Below are positions 9,601 to 19,573 of a DNA stretch of 64,000 nucleotides, piece by piece. The notes under the pieces were generated by a model. It saw nothing but the letters and a program-made list of their open reading frames with translations. It had not been told where the DNA came from and did not search any database. This DNA comes from Rhynchopus sp. YZ270_cl-10 (lineage: Eukaryota), in contig OZ037839.1 in NCBI GenBank assembly GCA_964035575.1, forward strand, positions 806,001 through 870,000. Reading direction: 5' to 3'. How positions within the stretch are numbered: position 1 is the first letter of the stretch; the number at the start of each line of letters is the position of its first letter. The position numbers were made by a program, and so were the translations under genes.

Positions 9601-12448
9601 CGTCTTCAAGAGAAAAATACATGGCAAGACCATGTTTCTGCCCGGCCCCTGCATCCTCAATATCGGGCACCAACACCATCAACTCCCTCCCATTTGTGCA
9701 CATCGCACTCCGCTCGACGGAGGGGAGGAAGACAGACCAGGGAGACACCGTGGGGGTCTCGTCTTCATCAAATTCTGTTTGCGCGACGGGGAGGTCGTTG
9801 GCGTCTTTCCAGATGGGTTTGGGCTTGTGGGAGATCCATCCGTTGAGACGCTGTGCGTTGTGCGCCCAATCGTACACGGCGCGGCCTTCGCCTTCATCGA
9901 GAGGCCAGTACGCGAGGAGGCCGGTTTCGTTTCCTTGGAGGCTGCTGTGGAGGTCGCGTTGGATGACTGCTGCAGGGCGCGCACCACGCCAGATCCTAAG
10001 CTCAGCGATCCCTCCAGAATACGACGCAGCTGCAATCCACCGTTTCGTTGGGCGTGTCACAACCACCGGTGTATCTTCCGAGCGTGACACCCCGGCAACA
10101 CTGCCGTTAATAAGAATCGACCAAACCCCATCAAACACCAAAGCAACATGCACCCACACCTTCGCAGGAAGCGATGCCACCGCCCCGCAGGAGCGCACAC
10201 CATTGCGCACATCAACCCTCGCACCCCCTTTGATGTACCATCCATTGTCGACAGAGTGGATGTCAATGAAAATCTCTCCGCCACAGGATTTGTCTCCATG
10301 CACATAGACATTCTTAGACTCATCGGGCGCACCAGGAATGAGCCACATCTCAATGGTGATGTGCCCTGACGCAGAGCACAGCTGCTCAGCGACCGGTCCA
10401 AAATCGATGTAGGTGTCTTTGCATAAATGCAGACTCTTCCTCCGTCCAGACGACTGCGCCTTCGCCACCGCGGAAGGTCTTGGTCCGGACAAAACGATTG
10501 TCTGCAAACACCGGAAGTTTTTACTCGGATCGAATACGGTGACGTGAATAGGCTCTTCAGCGCTCCGGCATTGACCCGGGCAGGTCGGTGGATATGGCAC
10601 TCCAGACTCATCCTTAGGAATAGCATGCGGAACACCGGAGATGATGTACAAAAAGGTTCCGTCCGTAATAAGCTTTGACTCAAGGGCACGTCTCCCCTCC
10701 TGCGCTTCCTCCATAGGCAATGGGGTGTGCCGGTTGTCCTCCGTTGGAATTGACCCTTCACCATCTGCGGATATATATCCAATCACCTTCAACGTTTCTG
10801 GACTGACAACAAGAATGTCGGTGTTGGCGCGTTCTTCTTGCGCTGCGTTGTATGCAGCATGAAATGCGTGAGAAGGCCTGCAATACAAAAGGCCCCCCAG
10901 CAATGCAACAGAGACGGGCTGTCCTTTAAAATCCTCAGAATTGCGTGCCGTGACTTCATTTGGTACAGAACGTTTTCCGCAGCCCATTCTGATCAACCCA
11001 TCCGCCGTCGCGAGATACAATGAATCACCATCCGAAGCGATAGAATGAACAATCCATTTGTCCGTCTTTTCATCGGTCCCCCAGATCGATGCGGGGGTAC
11101 GCCTTGTAGTTTGACGCACCTCAATTCGTTCGGTGTCATCCCCAAAGCGAAGAATCGGTAAATTATACTCTGCAGGACTCTGAGACAAACGGGTTACAAA
11201 ACGGCCTACATTTAGCGAAGCTTGCGGGGCTTCCATCAACGCGCAAATGGTACGAAGTGCTTCGGTTGCCTCGCCACGGAGGACGGCAAGAATGACGAGA
11301 AGGCGGAGGGCTGGGGGTGTCAATGAAGTGCGCGCCGCGAGGCTGAGCTTATCCAACGATTCGAGGGGGATCAGAGGACTGCCCGGACCATCCGCAGCGA
11401 GCGAGAAGAGGGGCTGCTTCTCAAGCTGCACACTCAACATCTCAAAAACTGCATCGGACACCCCTGGGGTCCCCGACACCGCACCCAACAGTGATAGACA
11501 GAGCTCCAACCCGCATTCTATGACTCTCTCCTCTACGCTTAAACGTGTCCTTCGCTCTTTCAGATGTCTCGCATGGTACGCAGATGGTGTACGTGTCGCT
11601 GTTGTCAATGAGCCTACCCCACTGCAAACGCTTTGAACCACCTCCTCACGCAAGGAGTAGAATGACTCCCATTTGGACGTTCCAATCGCTTCGGTGGTGG
11701 ATTCGACGCCTCGACCAATGAGCTGGTCGATGCGGGTGGACAAATGATCTCTTGTCAAATGGCAGATGATATCGCAAGAATGGTGCAGACTCTTTTGAAA
11801 CCACCCGGTCTCCGTGGTTTGACGCTGCTTCAACCGTCTAGTATCGAAGTAGATGTGCTGTTGGCGGTAGTGCAGTGATGCGGCCGGGAAAACCTCTGGA
11901 GTTAGCTTTGCAATTTCGCCGACAACAAAACGGTCCCCTACGGTAACTGTCAGCCGAGCCGTTTCGGTGTCTAGCTCAAACACCACGGTGTCTCCGGTGC
12001 CAAAGACAAGAGGGGTGGAGGAACCTACCCCTTCGACCCGCTTCCATTGTCCGTAGAACTTTCCGGCGCGGCTCAGACACCATCCGCCGCCCTGAGAGAT
12101 GAAGGAGTCGTAGCGGCAGAAAGACCGAGGGGCGACACCAAGCATGAGGCCCGAGCCGTCGCTTGTCTCCCCTTGGTTTTCGATTTTGATAGACCATTCG
12201 TGGGTGCCAGAGGAGATGGGTTCCGTGGCGTGGACTGTGACCCATCCGGTTGCGGGTTTGATAGCGCGGTTTTCGTTGATCAGAACGTCGCCGTGTGGGG
12301 TGGTGGCATCAATCAAGAAGGATGCAGTGCGCTGCAAGGCGACCCGTGAAGGAAGCTTCGAGGCAATAGCGGAGACACGGAGGCGTGGGCCAAATGGGTC
12401 GACCTGCGAGGCACGCTCCAGCCACGTTACGTCGTAGTCCCCACCCAT
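602..12448 (-). CDS. Giant HECT-type E3 ubiquitin ligase (SPRY, LamG/ConA-like, UBA-like, two further SPRY, C-terminal HECT), 3948 aa, single exon
   Basis: C-terminal HECT motifs (VSFQGEGAEDVGGPYRE, FLRFVSGRER, LPVASTCF with catalytic Cys, LPNYSS); SPRY motifs (GTHEWSI, GKWYFEV, GKWYYEA, GDIVGCLLDL); LamG-like (WVHVALV, LLAYWPLDEGEG); UBA-like GFSVPLCTKALEMTRDDSDKAAALL. Confidence 0.95.
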   Translation of the reverse strand: MGGDYDVTWLERASQVDPFGPRLRVSAIASKLPSRVALQRTASFLIDATTPHGDVLINENRAIKPATGWVTVHATEPISSGTHEWSIKIENQGETSDGSGLMLGVAPRSFCRYDSFISQGGGWCLSRAGKFYGQWKRVEGVGSSTPLVFGTGDTVVFELDTETARLTVTVGDRFVVGEIAKLTPEVFPAASLHYRQQHIYFDTRRLKQRQTTETGWFQKSLHHSCDIICHLTRDHLSTRIDQLIGRGVESTTEAIGTSKWESFYSLREEVVQSVCSGVGSLTTATRTPSAYHARHLKERRTRLSVEERVIECGLELCLSLLGAVSGTPGVSDAVFEMLSVQLEKQPLFSLAADGPGSPLIPLESLDKLSLAARTSLTPPALRLLVILAVLRGEATEALRTICALMEAPQASLNVGRFVTRLSQSPAEYNLPILRFGDDTERIEVRQTTRRTPASIWGTDEKTDKWIVHSIASDGDSLYLATADGLIRMGCGKRSVPNEVTARNSEDFKGQPVSVALLGGLLYCRPSHAFHAAYNAAQEERANTDILVVSPETLKVIGYISADGEGSIPTEDNRHTPLPMEEAQEGRRALESKLITDGTFLYIISGVPHAIPKDESGVPYPPTCPGQCRSAEEPIHVTVFDPSKNFRCLQTIVLSGPRPSAVAKAQSSGRRKSLHLCKDTYIDFGPVAEQLCSASGHITIEMWLIPGAPDESKNVYVHGDKSCGGEIFIDIHSVDNGWYIKGGARVDVRNGVRSCGAVASLPAKVWVHVALVFDGVWSILINGSVAGVSRSEDTPVVVTRPTKRWIAAASYSGGIAELRIWRGARPAAVIQRDLHSSLQGNETGLLAYWPLDEGEGRAVYDWAHNAQRLNGWISHKPKPIWKDANDLPVAQTEFDEDETPTVSPWSVFLPSVERSAMCTNGRELMVLVPDIEDAGAGQKHGLAMYFSLEDGTLLARSELVAPPVDSACHFDCLHNGVWYSSTTFQVLCWTPAPCSVPTPVMPSSEDYAVGQTITSEYAVEKLAQALNDRASKYMTYEWAVSFQILSIDPCAELFALLQKLITVCIKQRNESTLLLSCLRVLRANFRVLRKTGVDPTVYNLQHDGTANTGRCLYELLLELMEEKGSREGREASEALAEGLQLFFRPAKEMLTFICDLLSKASLACSPIIEVVCLHVAEFQQAMEVLLSFGDDTKGIESFLKLLTQASFSELQSVKENGIIPGKPSSISSAIVSFQTAILGRISRQKARPEAQELYIKIIELHAELLTHVCRMVKEADKGADKAFGISLLQWSAPARALGFAAISLPLFSGFESRKRALSLLRDITEQLESVCQLDCIRDQIISVEQSWDANWESPSTPDQNPSSDESLGAEDQPHWLFTFKLCMGYVAARIAGQMIDFEGKSGGKKQTTTGDEAIAGWVSSSLFSGGLRETPSEASPSPRLRLCDEIVQNTGDGAALWAHLKSTSTTASGGQIFRRSSTTSDEGGTASPPSTPAVANEIENTMRHIYAVLVRDSRCDFPEAQGKPICPESIPQGLKWRFQKVEMLIGWLMHIRHERELPATSTFDIPPPIMDMEFIVEAEDGTALLQITEMCKFVLKFHHAPSPLENKVVLKALLSASKRKSKVLPPNSWRSMFYGWRAIKKMQRLLVLNSKEDEDTGLDLLLKYFSARVQEKEIEAEVQLRQQQGALRAEGLEYLTQSLESGSCATRLESLRVAAKVLAAFHYTSGIQGAGPTVSSIVQEGVYTLLKIAVAPLASSLPPTDSISQVQCNLVLRMLNCRWDVMDFAFLRSINLPVLLFNIVSKWGKDGEERIEDNGNETTVRVAASLFNACALQSAMALQNNVHPGLMKATSRFLAQTLECISHDLKHSIEVLREPTTDTSRVETHVAHIQYLLTVLAGVLQAVSNGVYEGLNLVEYLPLLTACVFLPAHFAKISKHAMTNIRVLLQHLSIEQADQGLADIDLPEAADFPKTALPVGKGKASLETTGGAKVIRLLVEIAAGTLTTPNAGADEEVQGGYHVMSAGDEAQALLQQLFLKNRTWQAFVGAWVKSVLASPPSFALGLNDKKVKIFILAINVVAGSATSLRAGVEAEHLPMPPATKSNVVVVDVNGPTATIVGADLGLSSPETEVSINTLRTTPAPHLDGTTFSDILDMASNLLFSLAPDTISSTQFFPEILGQCLTTSYVLSKVLRCLALYMSIPACAVSLVGKMRGDSDGRVLQILAFLSREPQREAGTADEMEAKSLYLHSLLAGKDKAAEEELAVPVHRPTMQRAVPPVVSLPTVESAEKKARKAAAEDLSHILHGFSVPLCTKALEMTRDDSDKAAALLMDNTDSIAAAVQMDLVVEERRAQDVSSLPACETLTPTPLKHCISFGPTATGSLSIPLSRKPEAGYTLECFIKIEGKGLFNRTSLHPDAPPILPLRVLSTGSLEVVVNETSLVVSCHGFEGSIPVRAGWVHLVVVSGEYSEVWCDKTPVFRVEGSMGEGEEVTLGPGLAEAVTEMHPCVSIAFSLVRMWDVQLPSGVAQALSDEVTFAEFPRPMHTENVVFCFSMKEGCGDTLHCDASESTAILSKGFRWECIGLPKMVPEVGAAKLVWETEDALRAVILTEEAPEPDIPRTEWIAAFSATSSLGKIAQEVCSVDTTLCVLHARQALSSLSDVLLGSEQSKLWDVDSKHFFDNVAESALHLPSTLASFAKLSTTGLADGAISSIQTTVKSWAATQPDAESVSAFVSGCLGLMESGPDRYIYETPTHPYSPTDVILRTINVPGTSSYTLDFDARCKTLDYLYLYGDRTQKSQISKFPDAQGNWTSLNVEKSPAFCIRFTGDCSAPSYWGYLFTVSAKTPRLELACEMLHTLLGCDKVIDKQAFCTSTTVAHLIAVAHREVGRRRELPLELLAVLLGKHAASFAATALPDLKPMLRALQSTSYAQLKQERSNVSGIPPSCAKGLSRQIQTLAEVAVSCEISSQIFERKNPYNLPDPTLQEAKQRCYLTPSIRPSLQNAPPSLNTALHCVCETTVRGKSLVFSEGVWRTVQGSSGVTLGKWYFEVRLMSPEPVYIGWACEQIDTACGECQNSWAFCGNRGYRYHGGDRALYPADTDKATKWKGCDVVGCYIDLYAREISYAINGRPLGPAFTALPNIAFFPTITVGSSSVDVNFGDTPFSYLPGPDYLPFSYANVLPGMPVQRFMAFLSTSEAMLHGKPLPIFFNGMEKDNMPNRLTREGVDVVEMVALDGRPKIDNMTHIKSLATACTARASCKISRSGKWYYEATMVSDGLVQLGWVTEAFQPDPVRAKGVGDDAKSWAYDGCRLLLRHRKEHHQAGSRTWREGDIVGCLLDLDAMSMRFTLNGGPITRSQSCEAFTGLSVNEWYYPAVSMDPDNSVAFNFGAEPFIYLPHGYKGMGVKWPILQQIDGWNVADSSALPDTWPYKSVFTQDVAIVSLVNSLCDASRQNIFNLRLKELLNASSLRSFGLQGVAFEQLYTRVVILRHFNQIFRAIYPFLDLTETVRPKGMLAEAALRMKSLLLSTTTSTLLQAHVFLTNSLVEPQQPKVILNRRLKQQGQIESTLFGQLHSLLSGKPQSMFFSSKRFWSVSFQGEGAEDVGGPYRECLAELCSELMTPEIIPLFRPSPNSKNNIGSHRDRMVLNTKPTQLLRSLSRFLGKLMAACMRTCEPLPLYISPLIWKALSGDTVSATDLESVDKSVMSSLLCLLRLDEEGVTEETFGSVFDGNFTTENSTGEEEELLPGGAGVGITWANRDLYVKLAIQKRLAESDDLVQELLNGFHSVLPKHFAHLFDACELERLVCGSPVWDVQELKTQSRYEGISPDDTRCKYLWEVLGGFTTRERCLFLRFVSGRERAPVKLKIMPLLVDKPDEFLPVASTCFFWISLPNYSSAEILKQKLLYAINNCTDIDTDYRVRGSVDESAPPALGTGDPGDEDDFEDYTHLL

Positions 12449-13850
12449 AGTTGGTGGGGGGGGAAGGGGATTTTTTAGAGTGTAAAAGTGGTTAAGATAT
12501 TATTTTCAATCGAAAGATGGAGTTTTATCCAGCGTCGTCTCCTCTTTTTTTTGTGTAAAAGTGAAAAAGAGAAGATGAAATTAAAATTCTGTGGTGGGAT
12601 TGTAGCAGGGAAGGAGGGGGGCGAAAGAGGGGAGGGGAAAGTTGTTAAATGTGATATGTCACATCTATAAAAAATGTTGGATTATAGTGGTCTATGAAAA
12701 ATGGTAACTCTGAAAGGGAAAAAAAAAGGGGGGGGTTTTTTTTTCGTTGGTTGCTGTAAGTAATACCCAGTTGGAGGGGGTGATTGGCGGCCGAAACAAA
12801 GCGGTTATCATCTGCAATCAAACCCCTAAGGAATACTCCATTTGATACCCGAACAAAATTATTTCGCATCCACTCGACGTTTGGATAAGGAAAACTAAAG
12901 ACGAAAGGGGGGGTGTGACTGAGTGTGTGAGATGGGGAGCACGGGAGGAGAAAACGACTCGCGGTTACTGAAAAATTTCACTACCGAAATGCACCACACG
13001 TCTTATAAAAAAAAATAAAACGGCAAGGGGCCATTGGGGGGATCCTTTTTTTCTCTCAATTCAACGTCTATTATGCAACTGTAGGGTCTGAGGTGGGATG
13101 GGAGGATGGGATGGGATGGGGTGGGATGGGGTGAGCTAACGAAGCAGCAGGTGGTGATAAGAAAGCTCTAACAAATGATAATTCTGGTCAAGGATTTTAT
13201 CATCAAAAATCGCACAAAATAAACAAAAAAAAGTTGACTTGAAATACAAAGCCCTCTCGTGAACAGTGTACCTATAAAAAAGGCAGGGAAAGAAAAGGTT
13301 TTATAAGATGAACCTAAGCCTCTCGTGCTTAGTCACCTTGATCAGAAAAAAAAGAAAAGGAAAAACAAAACTGCGGGGTGCGTTCTGTACCTTCAAATTC
13401 AGCAGCAGGGATATTGTATTCCTCAAAGTTTCAAACTACATTCGTACTCCCATCATGGGGGGAAGGGGGTCACCCCTGGAGGATGAGTGATCTGTGTATA
13501 CAGGGTGATGCAGCTAGCCGTGCGAGGGACAACCCTGTCTTTTGGGGAGAAAAAAAAACCCCCCCTTCCTTCTGCCCCGGACCGATAAGAGTGTGCCTTG
13601 GGATTGAGAGGAATTTCATGTTTTTTTTTTTTCAAAGAGGTAAAATGAGGGGGGGAGAAAACGTGAACGTACCTCGCATGCACTAAAAGCTAACACCACT
13701 TCTCTCTCTTTAAAAGGCAAGTAAAAAAAAGCAAACATAAACATAACACATAAAGTGGATCTGACAACGTGCAGACACACCGCACATTTCTAAATAAAAT
13801 CTAAGTGATTGTCCCTCCCTGCCTCTTCCTCCTTCTCTTCCCTCCCCCTC

Positions 13851-16800
13851 TCAAATCTGCCTGGAGTATGTGGGGTACTGCGGCTTCTGGTAGGTCGAAT
13901 CGAATGGAGGGGAGTGGACAAGGCCTGCTGCGGGGTGGGCTTGGGGCAGGCGCATGGCAGCGTGCGACTCTGGTGGCGGTGGGACGGACTGTTGGCGGAC
14001 GAGCTGCTCTGCGTTGTAAGCGGCACGTGCCGCGTCACGTGACGCTGCTGCACGGCTTTGTGCTTGCATGTCGTTCTCTTGTTGCCGCTGTCTGTCTAGC
14101 ATATGCTGAGTCAGTTGGACCTGCTGGTCAACAAGGTAGCGCTCGAGGCGTCCAGACTGCTCCTGCTGGCGTCCTCGGGCCTCTTCGACCTCGTTAGCAC
14201 GTACACTGGTCTCTGCTTGCATTTGCAGTGCGCGCTTCGTCTCGTCCTCCAGCTGCTTCCGCTGGAAGTCCTGCAGCTTATGGAGATCGGATGCAGCCTG
14301 TCTCTCGAACGAAAGTGTCTGGTTGGCCATCTGTGCAGCGGTCTCGTCGATTCTGCTTTTCAAGTCTTTGATTTGCTGTTCCTGGAAGTTCTGTTGTGCC
14401 TGCACACGCTGCTGCTCAACGATATCGCGTTTTACATCGCTGTGAATTGAAAAAAGAAAAGTATTTTATTCACCGAAATAAAGTCAAGCCAAATTGCTCA
14501 GGAGGGACGGTGAAGTGGCAGTATTTCTCACCGTGCATCGAGTACGCAGCGTGCTAGAATAAATAAAATACGAAAATCAAATAATTGATTTGAAATACGA
14601 CAGCCCGCTCGTGGGAGTGTATGTCCTTGGTATGACCGGTGTATCAGGGGGTGGTCACCCAACGCAGTCCTACATTCCGTCATCAAAATTGTGTGATAAA
14701 ATAAAACCGGTAAAAAAGGGGGTGTTTTAACGAAGTGTCTTTGCTGTTCTGGTTGCGAAGAACATTTCATTCATGATAAAGGAAATTTTATTTTTCCTTC
14801 CTTCAAAACTTCACACACAACGCTTTTTTGGTTTTTGGGAGACACACAAGGTGCCAGGTTCTATGATAAGCACGGAACCACCCTGCACCTGTTTGTCATA
14901 TTGTTTCCCGTGCAATACATGGAGAAACGTTTCGCACTCGAAACAAGGGCAAAGCTTTTTGATAAAAATTAGCGAAATACAAAAACCAGCGCGTGTGGAA
15001 GAAAAAAGGAGAGGAAAATATTTTTTCTGATTCAAAGTGGTGTTTACGTTTTGGGTACGGGGCGGAGAATAAAATCTGTTCGATAAAAGAAACGCGAGCT
15101 TATTGTTTTATCTTGTTCAGAGAAAAAGAGAACACTATGTATACCTGACGTGCTGGCGCAGCTTGAGACACTCCTCCTGCAGATAGGACACTTCTTGGTC
15201 GGGGATGGGGTCAATCACGCTGAGGCTGTTGTTGTGGTGGTGGTGAGTGGATGCCTAGTGAGGGTAATTCTTGCGCAGAATATGGCCCTTGTGGTGGTAG
15301 TGTATTGCTACGCACAAAGACGTCTCTTTGTTGCGTCTCTCTGCTTCCCATATCTCTTTAGCGTGGGAGTCCGTTTTCGATGCATGTACCCCTTATCCGA
15401 GGTGATACAACACATCGTTTCCCATGTTAGCTTTGCAGCATACGATACAATAAAATGCAAACACAGATACGGAACGCCGAAAGGAAAGGCGGACGAGAAG
15501 AGCATCTCCTCGTCAAAGGAATCCCCAAGACGACACATCCAGACGACGTCATCACCGCCCTGAACGAGACTGGTTTTACACCAAACTGGCGACAAAGACA
15601 TGGGCGATGAAGCTACGCACCCGGCACGAGAAACCCACCACACCATACGTGATCAACGACCACACCCACCCAGGAGGCCAGCCCACAACACCGCTTCAAG
15701 AAGCGCGAACGGAAGGCAGGCAGGAAACCACTCGACGACTCCAACGACACGAAGGGGACACGACTACACGCCCCCAACTCCAACACCCGGTGCCCTGGTG
15801 CCCGGGTCCACAGCACCTATATTTACTATTTTGGCAAACAGTGAACAAAAAATGGGGGTCTTGTGTGAGCTTACAGGCAAAAGAAAAAGAACGCGTAGAG
15901 AGGAGACATACTTCATAGGGGCGATGCCCTGCTGCACGACACCCTGTCCTGGGACCGTCAGACGGTACGCAGTATCCCGCCCGCCCAGGCCGGACGTAAG
16001 CGATACACCCTGTAGATAGAGGAATTGATTTTTGAAAAAAATGCTTTTTGTGTCTCTCTTTCTTTAGATCGTTCTTGGTCTATTGATCCACACACTGTAT
16101 GCCCTTTTAGAAATATTTTGTTTTGATCTCATCATTGCAAATTGACGTATTCCATAAAACATCTTCACCCAACTTCACTCTTAATTCTAACATACCGCAG
16201 GGATGTCTGCTTGTGGAATCAACGTCACTTGGTCTGCACTACAGTGAACCGATGCTGCAGGTGTGTAGCGTCCATGCGGAATGGCAACATGCGCAATGCA
16301 TTGCTTGTTGAAGTACAATCCGACACGGTCCATATCCAGATCCAGGAAAATGCCAACAAGCGACCCGGGGGTCCATTGCGGACACTCGAGGGCCATGGGG
16401 ACCACACCACTGAGCTTATCGACACACCATGCGAGCCCCGTCTGCGACCCCATGGACTCCGAGCCCTCCTCCACGAGCCCGACGATGGCGTGCGTGCCAA
16501 GCATGTTGTCGTTGTGCAGCGAGTCGAGCCGCACCTCCCAGTAGTGCTTGCCGGCCTCGAAGGTCACTGTCGCCTTGAACAGAACGTGGCCGGACCCTGG
16601 GCTTGCGTAGGTCGCGGTGAGGTTGTTGTTGTTCAAGACAATCGGGGAGTTGCCTTGCAGCTCTCCTGTTGGGTGCGCATCGGGGGGGCCTAGTGTAGCG
16701 GTGTCCTGCCCGCCTCCGTTGAACGGTTGTGCCCATGTAAAGTTGAGACGGTCCTTGGCAGAGAACAGTGGGTGCTGCAACTCACGCATCTCGAGGTATG

Positions 16801-19573
16801 AAGCCATCGCGATCGGGGCAGGTGCCTTGACCAAGAACAGCTTGGCGTAAAGGTCGTCTGTGGTGACGTCGTTTGTGTACTTCAGGTTGGTGTAGTTGGG
16901 GATGACGATGGGGTGGTTTGCGGCATCGGCAAAAGCGTTGGCAATGGTGGAGCGTACGTTCATGATGCCCTGGGCCCAGCGTTGTGAGTCCTCTGGCGTC
17001 ATGCTGTCGGGGTTGGCGCTGACGTAGGAGTCGATCTTGTTTGCGACCTTCGACAGAGAGTGCTTGAGCTGTTTGATTCTCTCGTCCGGTGCGTTGAAGA
17101 GTTGGTGCTGTGCGGCGGCATGCCCCTGAATGCGCTTCACCATGCTGTCTCTGTCAAGGTTGGGGTTTAAAAAAAGGGCGCAAAACAAGAAGTGCGAATC
17201 AGCCCTCGAATTTGGTGTGGGGTAAAAAAAGGTGCGCAAGAAGTGTGAAACACCTTCAGCCACACCAAGGGTGGTAGTGTCACCCTTTTGTTGGGATAAG
17301 GATAGTGGCTCAGTGTGGCTTTTGGACAGTATGTTGATTTAACAGAAAAAAACGGTCGAAAAACGACGTGATTTGCAGAGAGAGGGTTTGAGGGAAACCC
17401 AATAGCAACACTGCTGAGGCAGCGAAGAGAAATAGTAACTTCTGGCACTACGTGGAATGGAGCTTGCAATGGAGGGAGGGAGGGAGGGAGGGGCATACTT
17501 GTGCCCATCGAGTTCAGCCTTGAGCTGGTCGATGGAGGACACACAGTTGTCGATCTGCTGCTGGTGGTAGTCGTCGATGTTCTGGTGCACCTCCTCCAAC
17601 GTCAGTTTCGAGTCATCAAGCTTCCCACTCACGGTTCCTGCGCGCATCTGTGTTGTGGTAGTGTGGTGTTGTGTGTGGGGTTAATGAAAACGACTTGGTT
17701 GGTTCTCTCTGTATTGCTTTGGCTTTATGCTGTTTTTTTGCCAAAAAAAAAGGAGGGCATTGCTGTTTATGTTGCAAAATGAACCCCATTTCTTTGTTTG
17801 TTGTTTGTGGTTTGTTGCATCGCATCGCATCATTCTTGCGCATGGGGGGATGATTTTTTTATGGAAAAAAGCGAAATGTGAAGTGCAGCAAGAAGACTAT
17901 GCTCAATGGAGTGTCAAATGTGGACATACCTGCCAGTCCTGCAGACCTGCACACTCCTTCCGTGCGGACTCGGCGAGAGGCATGAACGGGTGGTCCTGTG
18001 TGTGGGGAACGCATTTTGTTTTTTTTGCTTCAAAAAATTTAGAGAAAAAAATCAGAAAAATCAGATAGGTGATCGAGAAACTCCTCCCACCGCTTCCCTT
18101 TTTCTTCAGGTTCCTTTAAATAAGGACAAATAGAAGGAACACGATTTCAGAACCCTTTCTGTATTTTCTTTTTCTCGCAAAAAAAAACTACAAAAATAAC
18201 ACTACCTTATGAAACCCTGTAATATGGCAAAGCGAGCAGACCAGCGACTCGCAGTTCACGCACCAGAACTCTACGGGCCTTTCTGGATGCGCCGCGCACT
18301 TGAGAAGAGGCTCGAACCCTTCTTCGTCAAAGTTCGACTCTGATGCGGGCTGTGCGGAGGGGTTGGAGACCCACCCGGGCCCCTTCCAGTTGGGCCATCT
18401 GTGGAGCTGCGAGGGGTCGATGAGGAGAGGTTCGTTCTTGAGGTTCGTTTCTGTTTCGTAGGCTATCTGGTTTGCGTAGGGCAGCGTGGCGCCTGTGGGT
18501 GGTCCGAGGATGTCAAGCGGTGTGGCCCGGAAGTCCACTTCGCTGGGTGTTTCGTCGGTCAGCATCGGGCGAACGTCTGGTTTTGGGTCTTCTTCTACCT
18601 TTGGTGCAGCCGAGACAGCGTTGGTGCCGTACTTCGCAGTGAACTCCTGCAGCAGTCTTGCGCGCTCGAGAGGGTTGAACGCTAAATAGAGTAGCACCTT
18701 TTCGAAGGTGAGTGGCGTGCATGTGGCAACGTCCGCTTCACTCAAACCGCAGGCCGCCAGGCGCTCTGTCAGAGCAGGCCACAGCGACGCATCCACCCGC
18801 ATCCCCAGCTCCGGGTACGGAATATTCGGCTCGACAGCAGCCGGCTTCTCCTTCTCCTTCTCCTTTGGCTTCTCCTTTTCCTTTTCCTTTTCCTTAGGCG
18901 GGTCGGTCCGCTCCGACTCTGGAGAGCGCAGCTGCTGCAGTGCATTGTCGAAGTCCTTCTGCCTCTCATCAGGTACATGCGAGCGCAGCACCTTAAGCAC
19001 GTCGTCCATCTGCTGGATCTCCTTTTCCATGAGGCCCTGTGTGTCGCGCAGCACGTCGTCGTCCTGCAGGCCCGTCACCGACGTCGTAAGCTCCGCATAG
19101 GTCACAGGCTCGGGAGGAGTGGGCACCGGGTCCTCCTCCACCACCGGCTCCGGTACAGCGGGGACCGGTTCTACAGGGGCTGCTACTGCTGGCACAACTG
19201 GGGCTGCAGGCTGTGGCTGTCCTGGTTGCAACAACACCGACAGCGGGGCTCCACCGAACGGAGGCTGGGAAGCTGGCACCCCCGCCCCCGGCTGGCCCGG
19301 AGGTGGCTGCTGCACGACAGGGAGAACAGCCGAGGCTGGTGCTGCGACGGGCTGTGCGGGCTGTGTAGGTTGTGCAGGCTGTGCTGCAGCAGGCACTGCG
19401 GGCTGGGTTGCTGCGGGCGCATGAGCCTCGACATTGGGGTTCTTATGGTACTGCACCTTGCGACACGACGTGCAGAACGTGTCCGTCCCCTTCCTCGTCC
19501 GCCACGAAGGGTGGTTAAACAACTTCTTGGTATCGCATACTGAGCAGTTGAAGGTTGCCCCTGCTGCAGCCAT
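13851..19573 (-). CDS. TRIM-like Zn-finger/Pro-rich/SAM-like/B-box/coiled-coil/SPRY/coiled-coil protein, 7 exons, about 1101 aa (exons 18206-19573, 17930-17995, 17499-17647, 16196-17150, 15912-16009, 15145-15225, 13851-14439)
   Basis: All six introns are GT-AG with matching phases; the joined exons give 3306 nt in one open frame. The B-box CAAHPERPVEFWCVNCESLVCSLCHITGFHK|DH is completed only by splicing. SPRY motifs GKHYWEVRLD and GSLVGIFLDLD; Q/E-rich coiled-coil last exon. Confidence 0.85.
14786..15119. repeat. Dispersed repeat in an intron of the TRIM-like gene, homologous to the interior of the 54765-56560 element and to about 31582-31745
   Basis: Shared cttcaaaacttcacacacaacgc...gagcttattgttttatcttgttca. 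Confidence 0.85.

Noticed and set aside
865..12437. Many small ORFs overlapping the HECT gene
   Set aside because: Alternative-frame or antisense by-products with no recognisable domains.
13094..13133. (GGGAT)n G-quadruplex-capable tract upstream of the HECT gene
   Set aside because: Short simple repeat with no evidence of function.
16187..17263. Stand-alone SPRY gene (and stand-alone 18188-19573, 17339-17647, 13851-14405)
   Set aside because: Better explained as exons of one spliced gene; ORF ends run into intron sequence.
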